Origin: Planctomycetota bacterium
GTDB taxonomy: Bacteria > Planctomycetota > PLA2 > JAEUHO01
DNA length: 51,168 nt
NCBI GenBank assembly: GCA_050248855.1
Contig: JBFWRP010000014.1
Location: 60,907 to 112,074, forward strand
Direction of reading: 5' to 3'
The notes beneath the pieces are model-generated. The model was given only the letters and a program-made list of their open reading frames with translations. It had not been told where the DNA came from and searched no databases. Positions 48,327 to 51,168 of the stretch are shown here, piece by piece (position 1 is the first letter of the stretch; the number at the start of each line of letters is the position of its first letter). Position numbers and translations under genes: made by a program.

Positions 48327-49546
48327 TCGGCGGTGGGGTCGCCGGGTTGGCCTGTGCGCGCCACCTCGTGCGCGAGGGCCTCGACGTGAAGCTGCTCGAG
48401 GCCGACGAGCGCGTGGGCGGCCGTCTGAAGACGGACGTCCTCGACGGCTTCCGCCGCGACCGCGGGTTCCAGGTGCTGATCACGTCCTACCCCGAGGTGC
48501 GCGCCTCGCTGGACCTGGACGCCCTCGGCCTGGGTCGCTTCGTCCCGGGCGCGCGCTGCCGCGTGGCCGGCGGCTGGCGCGAGGTCCGTGACCCGTGGCG
48601 CGACCCCCTCTCGATCCCGCGCTCGTTGCTGCGGGGCGTGGGCTCGTGGAGCGACTACGCCAAGCTCGCCGCGCTCCGGCGCGAAGCGCGGGCGGGCACG
48701 CTGGAGGAGCTCCTCGCGGCGCCGGCGGTCTCGACGGCGGAGCGCCTGCTCGCGACCGGCTTCTCCGAGCGCATGGTGCGCTCCTTCCTGAAGCCCTGGC
48801 TGTCGGGCATCTTCCTCGAGCCCGACCTGGCCACGTCGGACCGCTTCCTCCTGTTCGTCCTGCGCATGTTCGCCGAGGGCCACGCCGCCCTTCCGCGCGA
48901 AGGGATGGAAGCCATCGCCCGCCAGATCGCCGCGGACCTCCCCGACGACGTCGTGCAGACGCGAGCCCGCGTGCGCTCCGCCACGCCCGGCTCGGTGCAG
49001 CTGGAGGACGGCGAGGTGCTCCAAGCGCACGCCGTCGTCGTGGCGCTTGACGGCGGCGGCGCCGCCCGCTTGCAAGGCCTGTCGCCGCCGCCGCCGCCCC
49101 GCGCCGTGCGCGCGGTCTACTACGCGGCGGAGCGCGATCCCGTCGGCGCACCGCTGCTGGTCCTGGACGGCGAAGGCCGTGGCCCCGTCAACCACGTCGC
49201 CGTGCCGAGCACGGTGCAGTCGTCCTACGCGCCCAGCGGAGCGCATCTCATCTCGGCCACGGTGCTGGCGCGGCACGCCGCCGCCACGGAGGCCGAGGTA
49301 CGCGCCCAGCTCGCGACGTGGTTCGGGCGGGACGTCACGACGTGGAGACATCTGGCGACGGTGGACGTGCCGGTGGCCTTGCCAGCAGCCGTCGATGCCC
49401 GCCCGAGGCCGGTGGAGTCGGCCGACGGATGGATCGTGGCCGGCGACCATCTGGGCGTCCCGAGCCTCCAGACGGCGCTGGCCAGTGCGCGGGCGGCAGC
49501 GGCCGCAGCGCACCGGCGCGTGACGCGGACGGCCTCGGCCGCGTAG
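48305..49546 (+). CDS. FAD-dependent oxidoreductase (amine oxidase / phytoene desaturase-like fold)
   Basis: IGGGVAGL, EADERVGGRLKTD..DGF..DRGFQV, AGDH...S.Q.AL.S. Confidence 0.9.
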   Translation: MHHDVIVIGGGVAGLACARHLVREGLDVKLLEADERVGGRLKTDVLDGFRRDRGFQVLITSYPEVRASLDLDALGLGRFVPGARCRVAGGWREVRDPWRDPLSIPRSLLRGVGSWSDYAKLAALRREARAGTLEELLAAPAVSTAERLLATGFSERMVRSFLKPWLSGIFLEPDLATSDRFLLFVLRMFAEGHAALPREGMEAIARQIAADLPDDVVQTRARVRSATPGSVQLEDGEVLQAHAVVVALDGGGAARLQGLSPPPPPRAVRAVYYAAERDPVGAPLLVLDGEGRGPVNHVAVPSTVQSSYAPSGAHLISATVLARHAAATEAEVRAQLATWFGRDVTTWRHLATVDVPVALPAAVDARPRPVESADGWIVAGDHLGVPSLQTALASARAAAAAAHRRVTRTASAA

Positions 49547-49555
49547 AGACAGGAG

Positions 49556-51037
49556 ATGGCGACGCACGCTCCCCGCCCGGCACCGAGTGGTCGCGTGCGT
49601 TGCCTGAACGACGCCGGGGCGCGCCCGGGGGGTCGCTACGTCCTCTACTGGATGATCGCGGCGCGCCGCCTCGTCCATGGCTTCGCGCTGGAGCACGCTG
49701 CGGCCCGAGCCGCCGAGAGCGGCCTGCCCCTGGTCGTCTTCGAGCCGTTGCGCGCGGGCTATCGCCATGCCAGCCCGCGCTTCCACGCGTTCCTGCTGCA
49801 GGGCATGCGCGACAACCACGAGGCGCTCACGGCCGCCGGCATCACGTCCTTCCCGTACGTCGAACCGGAGCCCGGTGCGGGGCAGGGGTTGCTGGCGGCC
49901 CTGGCCGCGGACGCGGCCCTCGTGGTCACCGACGACCATCCGGGCTTCCACTACCCGGCCATGCTCGCAGCCGCGGCGCGGCAGGTGGGCGTGCTCCTCG
50001 AAGCCGTGGATGGCAACGGCCTGGCTCCGCTTCGCGACACCGACAAGACGTTCGCGCGCGCGGTCGATCTCCGGCGGCACCTCCAGCGCACGCTGCCCGA
50101 TCATCTGCAACATGTGCCGTCGGCCGATCCCCTCGCGAGCGGCATCCGCCTCGCGGGCGCGAAGGTCGATCCCGAGATCCGGCGCCGTTGGCCAGGGCCG
50201 TCGGACGCCCTGCTCGCGGCGGACCCCGATGCGCTGGACGCCTTGCCGCTGGACCCGCATGTCGGCGCGGTCGAAACGATCGGCGGACCCGCGAGCGGGG
50301 CCGAACGGTTGGCGGCTTTCCTGCGGCGCCGTCTGTCGCGCTACGTCGAGGACCGCCGCTCCCTCGACGAGTCGGCCACGAGCGGCCTCTCGCCCTGGCT
50401 GCACTTCGGCCATGTGGGCGCGCACCAGGTGTTCGACGCCATCGCCCGCCACGAGGGCTGGTCCCGTGACGAGCTCGGCGACACGGCCAAGGGCCAGCGG
50501 GAGGGCTGGTGGGGCATGTCGCCGGACGCCGAGGCGTTCCTGGACCAGCTCGTCACCTGGCGCGAGCTGGGCTTCCGCGCCGCGCTGGCCACGCCCGCAC
50601 CCGACACCTACGCCGCGGTGCCCGCGTGGGCGCGCGCCTCGCTCGAGCAGCACGTGACCGACGAGCGACCGGCCCTCTACGAGCGGGAGGCCCTGGAGGC
50701 CGCCGCAACCGACGACGACCTCTGGAACGCGGCGCAGTGCGAGCTGCTGCGCGACGGTGTCATCCACAACCAGCTGCGCATGCTCTGGGGCAAGAAGGTG
50801 CTCGCGTGGACGCCGGACCCCGAGTCCGCCTTCGAGGTCCTCGTCCACCTCAACGACCGCTGGGCCCTCGACGGCCGTGACCCCAACAGCTACTCGGGCA
50901 TCGACTGGGTCCTGGGTCGCTACGACCGCCCGTGGGCCCCCGAGCGGCCCATCTACGGCCGCGTCCGCTACATGACCTCGGCCAGCGCGCTCCGCAAGCT
51001 CGACCTCGACGACTACCTCGAGCGCTACCGCTCCTGA
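49556..51037 (+). CDS. Deoxyribodipyrimidine photolyase, class II-like
   Basis: YVLYWM, SGLSPWLHFG, LWNAAQ.EL, RMLWGKK, LNDRWALDGRDPNSYSGI, PIYGRVRYM. Confidence 0.93.
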   Translation: MATHAPRPAPSGRVRCLNDAGARPGGRYVLYWMIAARRLVHGFALEHAAARAAESGLPLVVFEPLRAGYRHASPRFHAFLLQGMRDNHEALTAAGITSFPYVEPEPGAGQGLLAALAADAALVVTDDHPGFHYPAMLAAAARQVGVLLEAVDGNGLAPLRDTDKTFARAVDLRRHLQRTLPDHLQHVPSADPLASGIRLAGAKVDPEIRRRWPGPSDALLAADPDALDALPLDPHVGAVETIGGPASGAERLAAFLRRRLSRYVEDRRSLDESATSGLSPWLHFGHVGAHQVFDAIARHEGWSRDELGDTAKGQREGWWGMSPDAEAFLDQLVTWRELGFRAALATPAPDTYAAVPAWARASLEQHVTDERPALYEREALEAAATDDDLWNAAQCELLRDGVIHNQLRMLWGKKVLAWTPDPESAFEVLVHLNDRWALDGRDPNSYSGIDWVLGRYDRPWAPERPIYGRVRYMTSASALRKLDLDDYLERYRS

Positions 51038-51051
51038 TCGCCCTGACGAAG

Positions 51052-51087
51052 CGAGGGCCGCGGGGGCGCGCGCCCACGCGGCCCTCG
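51052..51087. terminator. GC-rich hairpin downstream of photolyase
   Basis: cgagggccgcg (51052-51062) / cgcggccctcg (51077-51087). No U-tract. Confidence 0.45.
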
Positions 51088-51108
51088 GGGGGGCCCCCCA
51101 GGACCAAT

Positions 51109-51168
51109 TCAGGGCAGGTGCGAGTTCTGGATAGTGGTGCTGGCGGTGCCGGCATTGTTGGTCGCGGT
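51109..51168 (-). CDS. 3' end of a gene running off the window (possible Ig-like surface protein)
   Basis: Open frame TATNNAGTASTTIQNSHLP-stop. TATN.AG resembles the last strands of Ig/PKD-type domains; only 19 residues are visible. Confidence 0.3.
   Translation of the reverse strand, partial: TATNNAGTASTTIQNSHLP

Overview
A very GC-rich (roughly 70-75% by eye) bacterial chromosomal segment with about 48 protein genes. I found no tRNA, rRNA, CRISPR, transposase or phage gene. The gene types (DUF1573 lipoprotein, carboxypeptidase-regulatory-like repeat protein, degenerate vWA-like protein, stand-alone rpsD) suggest a Planctomycetota-like organism, which is an inference. Recognisable blocks: folB-folK; a REC-PAS-GGDEF cyclase; a FabL-like SDR; LysR plus an SDR-type threonine dehydrogenase; two tandem paralogous PAS hybrid kinases; a GT2 / 2OG-Fe dioxygenase / ATP-grasp-like operon; rpsD; truB; a complete Rrf2-sufBCDSU-DUF59 operon; a DEAD-box helicase; and a CarH-type B12 photoreceptor divergent from a TIGR01777 / FAD oxidoreductase / class II photolyase operon. 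The most unusual signals are non-coding. (1) A family of ~95-99 nt inverted-repeat (REPIN/MITE-like) elements with ~28-32 bp arms, a fixed 34-35 nt loop and compensatory substitutions; two copies bracket a response-regulator gene in opposite orientation and one abuts a start codon. (2) A 120-bp tandem element with a fixed terminal module, present twice 22 kb apart. (3) A doubled YGTCCA-N10-TGGACR operator between carH and its target operon. (4) Pervasive TANNNT boxes 6-9 nt before start codons, suggesting leaderless genes. (5) A possible divergent SRP-like RNA hairpin. Start codons were chosen by hand, and all family calls come from motif recognition, not database searches.
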